From the human T2T-CHM13v2.0 reference genome, Homo sapiens, in NCBI RefSeq assembly GCF_009914755.1, contig NC_060943.1: a DNA stretch of 64,000 nucleotides. One strand, 5' to 3'. The stretch's first letter is position 1. Each line of letters starts with the position of its first letter. Below, piece after piece: positions 1 to 25,290 of the stretch. A model generated the notes under the pieces. The model had not been told where the DNA came from and searched no databases. It saw only the letters and a program-made list of their open reading frames with translations. The translations under genes and the position numbers were made by a program.

Positions 1-19
1 TACGATGTAGATAGGCCTG

Positions 20-592
<573 letters not shown>

Positions 593-695
593 GGAAACTT
601 CTTAAGGCTTTACCACGTTTACATTCACAGGATTTATTTCTTTCAAGTATCTGAATGTGATAAAACCAATGAATGCTTTCCCACATTCCATACAC

Positions 696-2352
696 TTATA
701 GAATATCCTTCCAGTGTGTCCTTTTATGTCTATTAAAGGAACTGAGAGAACTGAAGGCTTTCCCACATTCCTTACATTCATAGGGCTTCTCTCCAGTGTG
801 AGTTCTTTCATGTTCTCGACAGAAACTGGAACGACTGAAGGCTTTACCACAGTGTTTACATTCATAGGGTCTTTCTCCAGTGTGAGTCCTTTCATGTCTT
901 AGAAGGAAAGAGGGCCAAAAGAATGCTTTCCTGCATTGCTTACATTCATATGGCTTCTCTGCCGTGTGAGTCCTTTCATGAGTTTTTAAGTAACTGAAAC
1001 GACTGAAGGCTTTCCCACAAATTTGACACTCATAAGATTTTTCTTCACTGTGAGTCCTTTCATGGCGACAAAAGTATTTAAAAGAACTAAATGCTTTCCC
1101 ACACTCCTTACATTCATAAGGCTCCTCTTCACTGTGTGTTGTTTCATGACTTTGAAAGGAAAATAAATCACTAAAAGCTTTTCCACATTTACATTTATAG
1201 GGTTGCTCTCCAGTGTGTGTTGTTTCATGTTTTCGAAGGGAACTGGAAGTACGGAAGGCTTTCCCACATTGCTTGCATTCATAGGGTTTCTCTCCAGTGT
1301 GAGTCCTTTCATGTCTTTGAAATACACTAGGAGAATCAAAGGCTTTCCCACATACTGTGCATTTATGAGGGCCATCTCCAGTGTGTGCCATCATGTGTCT
1401 TCGAAAGCTTGAGCGATGAGATAACAATTTCCCACATTGCTTACATTCATAGGGTTTCTCTAGAGTGTGAGTTCCTTCATGAATTCGTGCTGAACCAGGA
1501 AAATCAAAGCCTTTCCCACATATCTTACATTTATGAGGTCCATCTCCACTGTGCATTATCATGTGTCTTTGAAAGCTTCCAAGATGACAAAACGCTTTCC
1601 CACACTGTTTACATGTATAGGGTTTCTCTCCAGTGTGAATTCTTTCATGTACTCGAAGGGAACCGGAAACACTGAAGGCTTTCCCACATTGTTTACATTT
1701 GTAGGGTTTCTCTCCAGTGTGAGTTCTTTCATGTCTTAGATATGAACTGTAATCAGGGAAGGCTTTAGAACACTGCTTACATTCATACGGTTTCTCCCCA
1801 GTGTGTATTTTTTCATGTCTTAGATAGGAACTGTAAACAGGGAAGGCTTTAGAACACTGCTTACATTCATATGGTTTCTCTCCAGTGTGAGTTCTTTCAT
1901 GCATACGTAATAAACTGGGCCAAAAAAAGGCTTTCCCACACAATTCACATTTATAAGGTCCATCTCCACCTTTTACTACCATATGTCTTCGAAGGTTTCC
2001 AGGAGAACTGAAGGTTTTTCCACATTCCTTACAATCATAGGGTTTCTTTCCAGCGTGAGGCCTTTCACATGTTTGAAAGGAGTGGCGATAACTTAAGCCT
2101 TTCCCACACTGCTTATGTGTATATGACTTCTCTGCATATTCATGACACTCCCGGTGTTTGTGTCCAGTATCAACTCTGATGTAGCAATTCAGGGATGAAT
2201 GACCCATTATGACTTCTCCATTCACACTGCTTCCACATGCATCTACTCTGGCGGGAGTGTTCTTGTTTACAATACTATTTCGAATCTGGCTTAAGGTTTC
2301 TCCACACTGACTACCATCTTTACTTTTACCAAATCTCTCTACCACATCACAC
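696..2352 (-). CDS. ZNF44: ZNF44 terminal exon: spacer plus C2H2 array (14 canonical fingers, one C-K-C finger, two degenerate N-terminal fingers)
   Basis: 549-aa ORF with CxxC...HxxxH and TGEKPY repeats. AG acceptor at 2353-2354, in phase with the KRAB-B exon. Spliced CDS 3+144+127+61+1657=1992 nt, giving 663 aa, which matches the ZNF44 sequence as I recall it. Confidence 0.95.
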
Positions 2353-2552
2353 CTGTAAAAAATGAAAAGTACATTACTAAAGGTTTATTATTGAATTTAT
2401 ATTTATCAACAGGTATTAGATTTACATTTTTAACATTATCAGGCAAGCTATAAGCTTCATGCCCTGCTTCAATGTGAATGGACTGAATGTTGTGCAAGAT
2501 AACTCAATCCCAGCTATTTTCAAGACAATGATATGCACATGGGGATTCTTAA

Positions 2553-3022
<470 letters not shown>

Positions 3023-3260
3023 TCATATGGGAAATCTTAATATTGTTTCCATGGGAACTACTTTGCCAACACTGAATAGCTATGTCACATTTAATAATAT
3101 ATTTATGTCACATTTAATAATATATTTTTATAGAGAAATTTTTCTAAGAATAAATAAATTTAAGCTGGGCTTGTTCATAATCTTTGCTTCTTTTTAAAAG
3201 TTCTTGTCATTCTCAGAAACATTGCAAGGACATCACCTGTCTCTTATAAGTACAAATTAC

Positions 3261-3321
3261 CTTGGATTTCTCCTGAGATTTTGGTGCTGATCATCAATGT
3301 TCTGGTTTTCCCATTTCATTC
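3261..3321 (-). CDS. ZNF44: ZNF44 KRAB-B exon (61 nt), GMKWENQNIDDQHQNLRRNPR
   Basis: AG at 3322-3323 and GT at 3259-3260. Phase fits both neighbouring exons. Paralogous to 49621-49681. Confidence 0.93.
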
Positions 3322-3427
3322 CTAAAAGAGAGATCCAGAAAATTCACTATAAATTATTACAAAATGATACAAAAATTGTTAAGATTTTATGTACACTACA
3401 ATCATGTATGATTCATTCATTGAACTA

Positions 3428-4409
<982 letters not shown>

Positions 4410-4694
4410 TCACAGTACTGAGAACCTATACTCACCTTCATAAACTTCCCATGATGCTGTGGTTTCCAAGCATTTATTCAATGACGTGGTAAATCCACTC
4501 TTATTCTGTGTCTGCACTCACTGTCTGATGCTGGAATTCTGATGCTGGAATTGGGCTTGCTAAAATAACAGTTGAGTAGGAACATATCTCTTATTGGTGA
4601 ATTATGCAAGTGAATCTTATTGCCTGGATTACTCCTAATGTCTGTTTCTACAGTGGGTCTGTAGTCCTTGTCATGACAAAGTCCTACCACCTAC

Positions 4695-5550
4695 TGTGCA
4701 AAAGAGAGTTACAATTAGCAGTCCTGAGACGGCATATCCTTACAACTGCTTGTTCACAATGTTGAACCTTTCGTGGTGTCTAGACAATGTATTTAGGGGA
4801 GGGCCCCGTGAGCATAACTAATAAAGGGGGTGGAGTGTGCCTAAACTATTTGTGTAAAAATTATGGTATTTGCTTAACTCCTAACTTCCCTCTGAGAGTT
4901 TGGAATTGTATTACATCCTCAGCAGAGGAAGTGTACCCAATCAGCCACTGCTAGGTTTGAATGTCTTCCCCTCCAAAATGCAGGCTGAAACTGAATCTCC
5001 AATGTGGAAGTAATCAAAGGTAGTGGTTTAAGAGGTGAGTGGGTCTTGAGGGTTTGGAACACATGGATGGATTAATCCACTCATGTATGAATGGCTTAAT
5101 AAATAAACTGGTTATCACAGATGAGGTTCTGGTGTCCTTATGAGAAGAGGAAGATACTTCAGCTAGACACTCAGCCCCCTCATCATGTAATGCCCTGTAC
5201 CACCCAGGGACTCTACAGAGTCCCCATCAGCAAGAAGATTCCCACCAGATGCCCACTTTGACCTTACTTGATCTTCCCAGCTTTCAGAACTGCAAAAAAT
5301 AAATATCATTTCTTATAGATTACCCCAGTTCTGGTATCCTGTTGTAAGTAACAAAAAAACAGTCTTATAGACTAAGACATACACAAAGAAACACTCTAGG
5401 CACAGGGTCCCTAATGTGCAACTCTGGTAGATGATATTTCATATTTTTGTTGTTGTTGTTTTTTCAATGTCTTACTTGGGGGATTTAGCCTATCCTACGT
5501 GATTACACAGAGAGAATATTTGGAAGCTGGTGACTGGTTCCCTGTAGATC
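4695..5550 (+). mobile_element. MER21-type LTR interrupted by an MST-type MaLR LTR (about 4949-5379)
   Basis: MER21-like start tgtgcaaaagagagtt. MST-like tgctaggtttgaatgt ... gactaagaca. Same nested pair at about 51389-52210. Confidence 0.7.
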
Positions 5551-6259
5551 AAATGTAGTTAAGTATGACAAAAGACTAATAAAAGAGATTTTACCAACTA
5601 AATAGAAAAAATTGTAACTTTCTATTGGGTAATGTCGAAGGAGAAAGAAAAGAAGAGGACAGACTGCAAATGTTCTTAGACAGAATTCAGTGTCAGCTTT
5701 CATGAATATCAATTATATTCCATAAATCTCAACAGCAGACATTTAATAATCAATAACATTACATAAACCAATTTTTATAGAAGTCATAAATGTCTAAAGA
5801 TGCTTAAAAAAAACCTTCTCATCAAGAAAGTAGACAGCTTTACAAAAACAAACAGAAGATTTAAAACTGTAATTTTTCACATCCCATACTATTAACAGAG
5901 AGAAAAAGATACATAAACAGGAAAGTGAAAAATGATAGAAAAGCCTTGTATTGTTTTTTCTTTGGCCCCATCTCTGCCCATCTCATTGCCAGTCCTGAAG
6001 ACAGCAGAGTTCCCAGTGTAGAACTCTGATCACCACAGAGTGTACAGATCACATTTTGTTTCCACATTATTGCCTTTGTATTTTTGAATCAGTCTGGGGA
6101 CTAACCGAAGGTCTGAAACAAGGCTCTCTTTTCTATTTCATCTACAACAGAATCCAATCAGAGTCAAACTGGGCAGGAACTACTTTAAAATGTTGTAAAA
6201 TACACAAAAAGTGTGCAACCACCTAGGACAACACAAGATGACTAAGACATACATTAGAA

Positions 6260-7027
6260 GGCCAGGTGTGGTGGCTCACACCTGTAATCCCAGTACTTTG
6301 GGAGGCCAAGGTGTTGGGAACAGGCCCCCAAATCTAGCCATAAACAAAATCTCTGCAGCACTGTGACATGCTCGTGATGGCTATGACGCACATGCTGAAG
6401 GTTGTTGGTTTACCAGAATGAGGGCAAGGAACACCTGGCCCACCCAGGGTGGAAAACTGCTTAAGGCGTTCCTGAACCACAAACAATAGCATGGGCCATC
6501 TGTGCCTTAAGGACAAGTTCCTGCTGCAGATAACTAGCCAGAGCCCTTCCCTTTGTTTCCCGTAAGGAAGGCTTTTAGTTAGTCTATAATCTATAGAAAC
6601 AACGCTTATCACTGGCTTACTGTCAATAAATATGTGGGTAAAACTCTGTTTGTGGCTCTCAGCTCTGAAGGCTGTCAGCCCCCTGATTTCCCACTCCACA
6701 CTCTAAATTTCTGTGTGTGTGTGTCTTTAATTCCTCTAGTGCCGCTGGGTTAGGCTCTCCACGACTGAGCTGGTCTCGGCACCAAGGGGGTCAGATTGCT
6801 TAAAGGCAAGGAGTTCAAGACCAGCCTGGGCAATGTGGGGAGACCTCATCTCTACAAAAAATAAACAAAATTAGGTGGGTATGGTGGCGCATGCCTGTAG
6901 TCCCAGCTACTCAGGAAAGTAGGAGAATTGCTTGAGCCTAGGAGGTTGAGGCTGCAGTGAACCACGATTGTGCCACTGCACTCAAGTCTGAGTGAAAGAG
7001 TGACACTATTTCAAGGAAAAAAAAAAA
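6260..7027 (+). mobile_element. AluJ-like element split by a MER9 LTR
   Basis: The two Alu halves rejoin at ccaagg. TSD aagacatacattaga / aagacatatattaga. Confidence 0.85.
6312..6781 (+). mobile_element. MER9 solo LTR (HERV-K9/HML-3)
   Basis: TG...CA ends (tgttgggaacaggcccc ... ggtctcggca), internal AATAAA, and an exact 6-bp TSD ccaagg at 6306-6311 and 6782-6787. Confidence 0.9.
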
Positions 7028-7358
7028 GACATATATTAGACCATCTAAGTCCCAGGAGAAAAGGCTAGGGTATAATTTTTCTTTACAAATAAGCATATTT
7101 GAAAGCACCCAGATATACTGGGGAATGGAGAAAGCCCCACGCAGGCACAGGAAACAATATATTTTTATAAAAGATGGGTGGGGATTCTGTTTTTCAGCTC
7201 TGGCTAACATCCAGATTTAAACAGAAAGAGAAGGCTACAGTAGTAAATACTGTGGCTAAGTGCTCAAAGAATGCCCCAGCAGAGAGCCATCCATGAAGAC
7301 TGGAAGAGGTCAGGTTTTTGTTTGTTTCATCTTCTTTTTTACTTTTAGCTTCTAACAT

Positions 7359-7444
7359 TCAGGAAATCTCTGTCAGAACGCTGGATGAACACAAGCTAAA
7401 GTCAGGAAATCTCTGTCAGAACACTGCATGATCACAAGCTAAAG
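7359..7444. repeat. 43-bp tandem duplication
   Basis: tcaggaaatctctgtcagaac...cacaagctaaag occurs twice. The paralogous ZNF563 site (about 54173-54213) has one copy. Confidence 0.85.
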
Positions 7445-7464
7445 AACAGAGACTTCAGTGTTTA

Positions 7465-7644
<180 letters not shown>

Positions 7645-8360
7645 TTAAAAAAAAGAAAAAGAAATGAATAATTTCAGCCTTCAAGCAAGAATACCAAACA
7701 ATTAAGGGGCAAAAATCTGATTTCCAGAGTTACCCAGTTATAACATTCAAATGTCTCCTTTTCAATACCCCCACCCCCAAAAAAACCCCAGAGAAATAAA
7801 TAAAACAGAGAAACATGAAAATACGACTCATTAATGGAAACAATTTGAGATAAATCACCTCTGAGAAACCTCAGACACTGGATTTACTGAATAAAAACAG
7901 TAAAGCAACTGTCTTAAATATATTTAACTTAGTAAAGACAATAATAAACAAAGAACTAAGAGAAAACCAGAAAATTGATGTAGGGATAAAATAATACCAA
8001 AATATGTTAAAAATTGAGCCATATAGAATTTCTGCAGCTGCAAGATACAACAACTTAAATGAAAACATCACTAAAGGTATTCAACAGATGTGAGCAACCA
8101 GTGGAAAAAAAAAACTAAAATGAAGGTAAAACAATTGAAATTACCTGGTCTGAGTTAAAAAAAAAAAAAAAAAAAAAAAAGAAGTTCATCAGAAAGAAAA
8201 AAATGATATGGGTTAGAAATTCAGATTGTGTGTGTGTGTGTGTGTGTGTGTGTATACACACACATATATATGAAGAGTGTTAGGAAACAATTAAATGAAG
8301 GCACAAAAAATTCTTTACTCTTCTTATACCTATCTGATCTAATAGATATAGGTTTATTCA

Positions 8361-8647
<287 letters not shown>

Positions 8648-10664
8648 CTATTATACCAGCACTATTCCTGAAGCCAGTATAGTACTATTTGAAATTGAAG
8701 GCCCATTAGTTGTGAATGCTATACTACAAACTCTGGGGAACTCACTAATAGAATCTAAGAAAAAGTAGACTATATAGATATATAATATAGAAAATAAAAT
8801 CATATAGAATGCTCAGCTAAAAGGAAAAAGGGCAGAAAAGAGAAGTTAAAAAACACAGAGAAGAACAACAAATAGAAAACAATAATATACATGTTTATCT
8901 GAATCCAATTATGCCAACTGCCACTTAAATGTGTATTATCTATATTCACCAGTAAAAAAGAAAGGGACTGGCAGAGTGAAATAAAAAACAAGGCCCCAAA
9001 CTATATTTTTAAAAAGTATTTTAAACAGAAAGACACAGATACATTAAATACACAAGTATGAAGAAATACATGCCATTCTAGCCCTGATCAAAAGAAATTT
9101 GGAAGACCTATATTACATTCAGACAAATCAGGTTTTAGATTTTTTAAAAATTACAAGGGATAGAGAGATTTCATAATGATCAAGAAGTCAATCCTACACG
9201 ACATAATAATCCTTAACATCTATGCCCATAAAACAGAGCATCAAAATACATAATGCAAAAACATATAAAACCACAAGGCAAAATACACAAATCTAGGATT
9301 ATAGTTGAGGGAAAACAACTCACCTCTATCAATAATTGACAGATCAGTTCTGCAGAAAATCACTAATGATATAGCTGAACTCAACAGCACTATCAATCAA
9401 CTGGATTTAATTGAAACATATTTATAGAATCATTCATTCAACAACAGCATACATATTCTTCTCAAGCCTACATGAAATATTCACCAAGATGAACAATATT
9501 CTCAGCCATAAAACACACTTGAACAAATTTTTTAAAGTATGCGATCAAATCATATTAGAATTAATGTAAAAATTAGTAACAGAAGCATAGTTGAAAAACC
9601 TCAACAAAGTGGAGATTGAAGCCACAAACTACTCAACTACACAAACTTCAAGGAGAATTGTCAAGCAAAATGTAAATATTGCAATGTTGATGAAAAGTGA
9701 TATATCTTAGCAAAATCTTTGGAATGGAGTAAAGGCAGTGCTTTGAGGGAAATTTAAAGAATTAAATGCATTTCCTAGAAAGTAAAGGTTTAAAATCAAC
9801 ACCCTAACCTTCCATTTTAGGAAACTAGAGAAAAATGACAAGATTAATGTAAATCAAACAGAGGAAAGTAACGATGAGAAGAGATATTAATGAAATAGCA
9901 ATGAAGAAATCAGTAGAAAACATCAACAAACCAACAGATGGTTCTTTGGAAACATCATTAAAATTCATAAGCCCATAGCCAAGTTAACTCAGAAAAAAGA
10001 GGAGCCATCACTACTACTCCCATGGACAGTAAAATGACCATAAAAAACTATTAGGAACAACTAAGTGCCCACATATTTGATAAAATTACACAGAATGGAC
10101 CAATTCCTTGAAAGACACTATCTACCAAAACTCACAAAAAGAGACCTAAGTAATATGAATAGGCCTGTATCTACTGAAGATATTAATAAATAATAAATGT
10201 CCCAGAAAAAATAAGCAACAGGTCAGAACGATTTCACTGCTGAATTCTGGCAAGCGTTTATGGAAGAAATGATACCAATTCTCTACAATCTCTTCCAGAA
10301 AACAGAAGCAGAGGAAACACCTTCTATTCCATTTTATAAGGCCAACATTGCCCTAACACCAAAACTAGACAGACATTACAGACATATCTCCACCATGTGA
10401 GGACATAAGGGTTAGACTGCCATCTTCAAACCAGGTAGCAGGCCCTTACCAGAGGCCTCATCTGCTTGATATTGGACTTTCAGCCTCTACACCTTTGAGA
10501 AATGAATGTTTGTTGTCTAAGGCATGCAGTGTATGGCAATCTGGTATAGCAGTCCTAAGTGACTAAGAGAGGTAGACTCTTTCTCTACACACATTAGGCT
10601 TTGAAGTCTACAGGAATCAGGTCACTGGTCTCACAAATAGGCATTAAGCTCCCTGCCAAGATAA

Positions 10665-10967
<303 letters not shown>

Positions 10968-12621
10968 TGATCCGCCCACCTAGGCCTCCCAAAGTGCTGG
11001 GATTACAGGCATGAGATACCACGCCTGGCGAGAAGTCTTCTAATTAAATGGCTTACATTCTGTCTGTGAGTAAAGGATCTTATCATGAGTCCCTCAAATC
11101 TTATTGTGAGTTCTTCAAACTGTTGATATGATTAACGTTATCTACTAACATCAAAAAAGACACTGATTTATTTCTGAATCATGTTTTGCTGATTGTCTTC
11201 CACTTAGAACATTTTAGCCTGTCAGCTGTCATCTATAGGCAATGATTGTAATGTCTATATTGTACCCTTCAAGGAAAATGACAATTCCGGTATGAATAGT
11301 CCTCCAGCTTCTCCTAAACTTTCTCATAAAGGCATCCAACTTGTAATCAATTTTGGAACACATCCAAATTTGTTGGTGTGTCTTCTCAAGTTGATCCTCA
11401 AATTTGGCTTACAATAAAACTTTATCAAATTGTGTCTGCCTCAATGGCCTTATTTTTGGTAAACAAAAGTATCCCATGAAAGGCGCAATGTAACCATCCC
11501 CAACCAAATCCCTGGAGACACACCAGAGCAGAGATAAAGTTTATAGCCAGTTTCAAGAGACAGACCTAAAGATTAAATTAGAAGAATATACAACACCTAT
11601 GAAAGACAAAAGCAGCACACTTTTAGAAATTACAGAAATTTTTTTTTCTTTTTGAGACAGAGTCTCGCACTGTCTACCCAGACTTGAGTGCAGTGGCGTG
11701 ATCTTGGCTCACTGCAAGCTCCGCCTCCCGAGTTCATGCCATTCTCCTGCCTCAGCCTCCTGAGTAGCTGGGATTACAGGCATCCACCACCACGCCTGGC
11801 TAATTTTTTTGTATTTTTAGTAGAGACGGGGTTTCACCGTATTAGCCAGGATGGTCATGATCTTCTGACCTCATGATCCGCCCTCCTCGGCCTCCCAAAG
11901 TGCTGGGATTACAGGCATAAGCCACCACGCCCAGCCAGAAAAAATGTTTTTCTTATTTAACAAGAGTCTTCTTATATAAGAAAATAAAGTAGCTTCCAAA
12001 GGAGAAGTCTGGTAAATTGAACTCTAATTACATTAAGAAGAAGCAGCCATAGTGACTCACATCTATAATCCCAGTACTGTGGGAGGCCAAGGCAAGAGGA
12101 ACTCTTGAGGCCAGGAATTTGAAACCAGCCCGGCAACATGGCAGACCCTCTGGCTACACAAAATTAAAAAATTAGCCAAGTGTGGTGGCACATGCCTATA
12201 GTCCCAGCTACTTGGGAGCCCAGGAGTTTGAGGCTGCAGTGAGCTGATTATGCCACTGCAGTCCAGCCTGGGTGACAGAGCTGGACATTATCTAAAAAAA
12301 TAAAAAATTTAGGAAGAGTTCATCTAAGTAGAATAAATTTAAAAGATAAACCACCATCTGAAAGGAAATATTACCAATCCCTCCATGTAAAAAAGGATTC
12401 GTGTATAAAGTATGCCTAAAACAAAAAGAGAGAAACAAAGCAAACATTTGCATTTACTATGCAAATGAATTAAATGACTGAGAATTATTTCACAGATGAA
12501 AGCCCACAAAGGCGATATGTTCAACATGAATGCTAATCCAGTAAAAACACAATATATAATCATATGGAGATAATACATAATCACATGGAGATAACTAAAA
12601 GATAAATATTAAAAGGTATAG

Positions 12622-21504
<8,883 letters not shown>

Positions 21505-21559
21505 TAGCTTTTTACAGGAATGATATACCAGAAGATTCCTCCCACCCCAGTGCATCCAC

Positions 21560-21703
21560 CTGATCCTTTGGGAGGCCCCACTCCAACACCTCAGGCTGTC
21601 CTCTGGGAAGAGTGACCCAAGGGCCGATATCCACTAGGCCCTCCATGAGATTGGCAGCTTCCAGCATCTTAGGGTAGCCCCAGAAAGTTCCATAACACAG
21701 GGC
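21560..21703 (-). CDS. ZNF44: ZNF44 cassette coding exon (144 nt), ALCYGTFWGYPKMLEAANLMEGLVDIGPWVTLPRGQPEVLEWGLPKDQ
   Basis: ttttccAG acceptor at 21704-21705 and GT donor at 21558-21559. 48 open codons, phase 0/0. Matches the N-terminus of the long ZNF44 protein as I recall it. Confidence 0.85.
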
Positions 21704-22229
21704 CTGGAAAAGATACAGGGTGGGCTGAGGTCACATCACCCTGTAAAGGACATACTGAGAAGGCATCTGTGCCTAGGGGAGATAAAAGAGGCACAAAGGT
21801 TTGGTTTTTTTTACAGCAGTGTCAGGTGGTTATTCTCTTCTTCCTCACATGTGAAATGTTAAGGAAAACAAAATAAATCTGTTTAAAAAGAGCCATACAT
21901 TGCTATCTGAAAACAAACGACAAAATTCTGTGTCTATTTGAAATATCGTCTTGCTGACAAAGGGTTCATAACGTTACTGGGAATTGAGGAGTGAAGTTAG
22001 CATATGGAAGGCTCTGGAAACCAAAAGATTTACTGTTAGCCCCAAGAGGAGTTAGGATGAAGGGACAGGTCTCAAAGACCCTGATGCCCATATCTTTGAA
22101 AGCCTCGGAGGAGAAATGGTCGCCCTTGGAAAGAAAGGACTGAAGAGCACAGAGACCACAGCTCCTCCCACACACAAACCCCACACACGAGTCTGGTTTG
22201 TGCCTAGTGACCCTCCCACCGTCACCGTG

Positions 22230-23420
22230 CAGCCTCCTCACCGGGCTCACAGGAACTGCGAGCCAGGCTGGAGGCGAGATTGCAGTTAGATATTAACCAG
22301 GTGCCCTCAGCCCCGCTGCCTCACGGGGCCGCCTCCCTGAGAGTCAGGTCACAGCAGACGCTGACCGCCGGCTTCCCCATTGGCCTGGGGATAAGATCTC
22401 TGAGAGTTGCTCAAGAGTCGTCTAAGTTCTTTCTCAGATCTTGAATTCCAGCGGAAAGGCTGGCGCCAAGCAGGCTGAAGACCCCACAAGGAAGCCCACT
22501 CAGCAGCAGAATGCGGTTTCTTCACCTCCAGTCCCAGGATTCACCCCTCACTTCTCCACCAACCAGCGACCCCACATCCCAACCACCCCCGTCCAGACCC
22601 CTAAACACCCCATCCTCAAACCTCTCACGGAGGCGGATCTAGGGTGTCCTCTCCTATTAAACCGTTTCTGCTGCAGCCCTCGGCGTCCGGGTGCAGTGAC
22701 TTGGGCTGCGAACCTGTACTGGTTCCGCCGCACAATCTGGAGAGAAGCGGGGCTGAGGGCGCGGAGCTGCCCAGAGAGGGGCGCCGGGGCCGGGGCCGCA
22801 GTCGCAGCTCAGGGACGGGACAGGACGCCCGGGGTCCCGGCTGCCGGCCCAGCCCCACCCTGCGGCCAAACGGACCGAGGACCGAGGTGCGCAGGGGGCG
22901 CTCAGGTCCCAGACCCCAAAGACGCTGCGGCGAGGCCCGGGTCCCGCCACAGCCGGTTCCGACTGGTTCCGACCAGCCCTTCGCCCTGCCTCAGGACGCC
23001 GGGCCCCGCACACTCACCATTTCCCGGCTGTGCGGTGTCCCGGGTCCTCCCAACTCCCGTAGCCAGGGTAGGTCCCAGCGCGACAAAAGCCACCACAGAT
23101 GTCCCAGGGCGTCTCTCAGTGACAGAATACGGAACAGAGGTCACCAGGGTGAAGAGGCCACTAGCTCCTGGAACGTCACACCCTCCTCTCTGCCTCGCGC
23201 CTGATTGACAATTCTCAGGAACCCGCCCACGACTTTGATTGGGTAGCCCTCCAGGTCCCGCCTCCTGGGCACTGAGTGACAGAAGAAGCGATCTCACAGT
23301 GCTGAGTGCAGCCGGATGAACAGGTTCCAGACCCGGCCCCTGGCAGGGCGGGCTTCCTCCCTGCGTTGTGACCCGACCCGTCCCGGGAAACGTTTGCCTT
23401 AAAGCGGAATTTCCTACCTG
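22230..23420 (-). promoter_or_regulatory. ZNF44: ZNF44 CpG island and promoter
   Basis: GC/CpG-rich. CCAAT box (attgg at 23238-23242), GC boxes, TGATTGACAA at 23202-23211 and TGAGTGACAG at 23273-23282. Homologous to 61480-62240. Confidence 0.85.
23018..23020 (-). CDS. ZNF44: ZNF44 exon 1 start codon (ATG is the last codon of exon 1)
   Basis: GAAATG|GTGAGT strong donor inside the CpG island. Same layout at ZNF563. Confidence 0.9.
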
Positions 23421-23659
23421 TACGCAGTGGGCCCTTTTTGCTTCTTCCTCCTGAACAATTGTGTGCAAGGAATCCCAGACTCACTGTCCAGTGGAGCCAT
23501 CCCTTGGCCTCAGAGCAGGAGGGCAGCCGAGGCCACACAGGCCACACTGTAGCAGCGGGGGACAGGGGGTGGGTGGGTGGGGGGGTGGTGCTGATGTCCT
23601 CCACGGACCAGGAATTTGGGATGAGGCTGTCGCCTGCAAGGTCAAGCCTTTCTTCCACT

Positions 23660-25290
<1,631 letters not shown>

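Noticed and set aside
602-1739. Alternate-frame and antisense ORFs over the ZF array (also 46946-48026)
   Set aside because: Known shadow frames of C2H2 repeats.
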